Shown here: positions 63,024 to 64,000 of the stretch, in pieces
Position numbering within the stretch: the first letter of the stretch is position 1
Layout of the letters: every line of letters starts with the position of its first letter
DNA from: Diadema antillarum
Lineage: Eukaryota
Length of the DNA stretch: 64,000 bases
Direction of reading: 5' to 3'
Assembly (NCBI RefSeq): GCF_040938485.1
Contig: NW_027270906.1
Coordinates: 992,001-1,056,000 of the forward strand
The notes under the pieces: model-generated
The model's database searches: none
The model's input: the letters and a program-made list of their open reading frames with translations, nothing else
What the model was told of the DNA's origin: nothing
Translations under genes and position numbers: made by a program

Positions 63024-64000
63024 CTTTAACAAACATGTAGGGCCTACACATTGTCACATTAGAATGTGATTTTCTGTGTCTAGTAATCACTGTTGTGTGT
63101 TGTTGTTGCTGTTTGTATTAATCACAGCCATTTCCTGGCAACAATGTCTTGCATACACTGATTTCTTGCCCAGTCCTGCTACGCCATTTCTATGTAACAC
63201 AAGGGGGATATGAACATTCTACATAATAGATAGTAACCACTGCCATTTATGATTTCATTATTAACTTCATGCAATGGGTGCTGACATTTTAAATGATTTG
63301 CTGCTTATGGTCACCCAAGCCACTTTCTTTGTTGACATGCATCATTTAGCCAAGGTTGAAAAACAACTTAAAGGTTTTGAAAAACGGAGCATATGCTATG
63401 TAGTAAACCTCCATGCAAACTCCTTCCTTCCAAAAAAAAACTTTAGAAATGTTGTGTAAATGTGAAATGTTCAATAAGTTTGAAAAAAAGAAATAAAAAC
63501 TTGAGAGCAGTCTGTATCTGTTACTACTTTGTAAATTTCAGTCGTGGGAAAGAGAACACTGTGAATGTAAATGAGATTGCAGGCCTTCAAGAATCTGAAT
63601 GGCCGGTAATAGTCGTCCAACCTCAGTTCAGGGTGATCGATTGTGTGTTTTCGCTCCAAACAGAGTGATTAATCATTCAGAAGAAGATTGGCTCGCACAT
63701 GTGGTGTTTATTGCCATGGCAATGTGATACCGGTACAAAATTAATGAATATATATGAGAACCTGTCTTTGCCATACAGTTCAACAATGTCGTTTCCTGTT
63801 ATCAATTCGAGCTTGCTGAGCACTCCATGAATGCAAAGATGAAAAGGAATGAAAACTATGTTTGAATGGCATATCATCTCTCTCTATGTTTGCCATGTTT
63901 TAAGCCTGTGTTTTGTTTCCATGACAACCATCAAAATAAAACATTGAGCTTGTGCAAACAAACTTGAGGTGAAAGCAGGTTAGAGCTAAAAACAGAGAGA

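Noticed and set aside
58577-64000. KIF19 exon 5 (GKT P-loop exon)
   Set aside because: No G-x-GKTxTM-encoding exon was found by eye; it probably lies beyond the window.

Overview
AT-rich eukaryotic genomic DNA, probably a marine invertebrate deuterostome such as a sea urchin (inferred from gene structure and repeat types), with one assembly gap at 1832-2028. Three spliced genes can be reconstructed. Two are tandem six-exon class I SAM-dependent methyltransferase paralogs on the minus strand (Methyltransf_11, Crg1/DDB_G0268948-like; CDS 1052-7290 and 20133-26687). The third is the 5' part of the ciliary kinesin-8 gene KIF19 on the plus strand (four coding exons, 38432-58576, continuing past the window). 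The rest is intronic or intergenic DNA packed with repeats: an almost intact L2 LINE, a CR1-like LINE fragment, a tRNA-derived SINE, many MITE families (Tc1/pogo, Kolobok, piggyBac, Harbinger and Sola-like), a Helentron-type element and a foldback element with a dimeric minisatellite. I found no CRISPR array, rRNA, true tRNA gene or prokaryote-type system, and no clearly new multi-gene system. The best leads are the asymmetric divergence of the methyltransferase pair, a dense RFX X-box cluster in KIF19, two 23-43 bp CA...TG palindromes with related 7-bp target duplications, and the foldback satellite between the divergent promoters. All analysis was by eye; no database searches were run.
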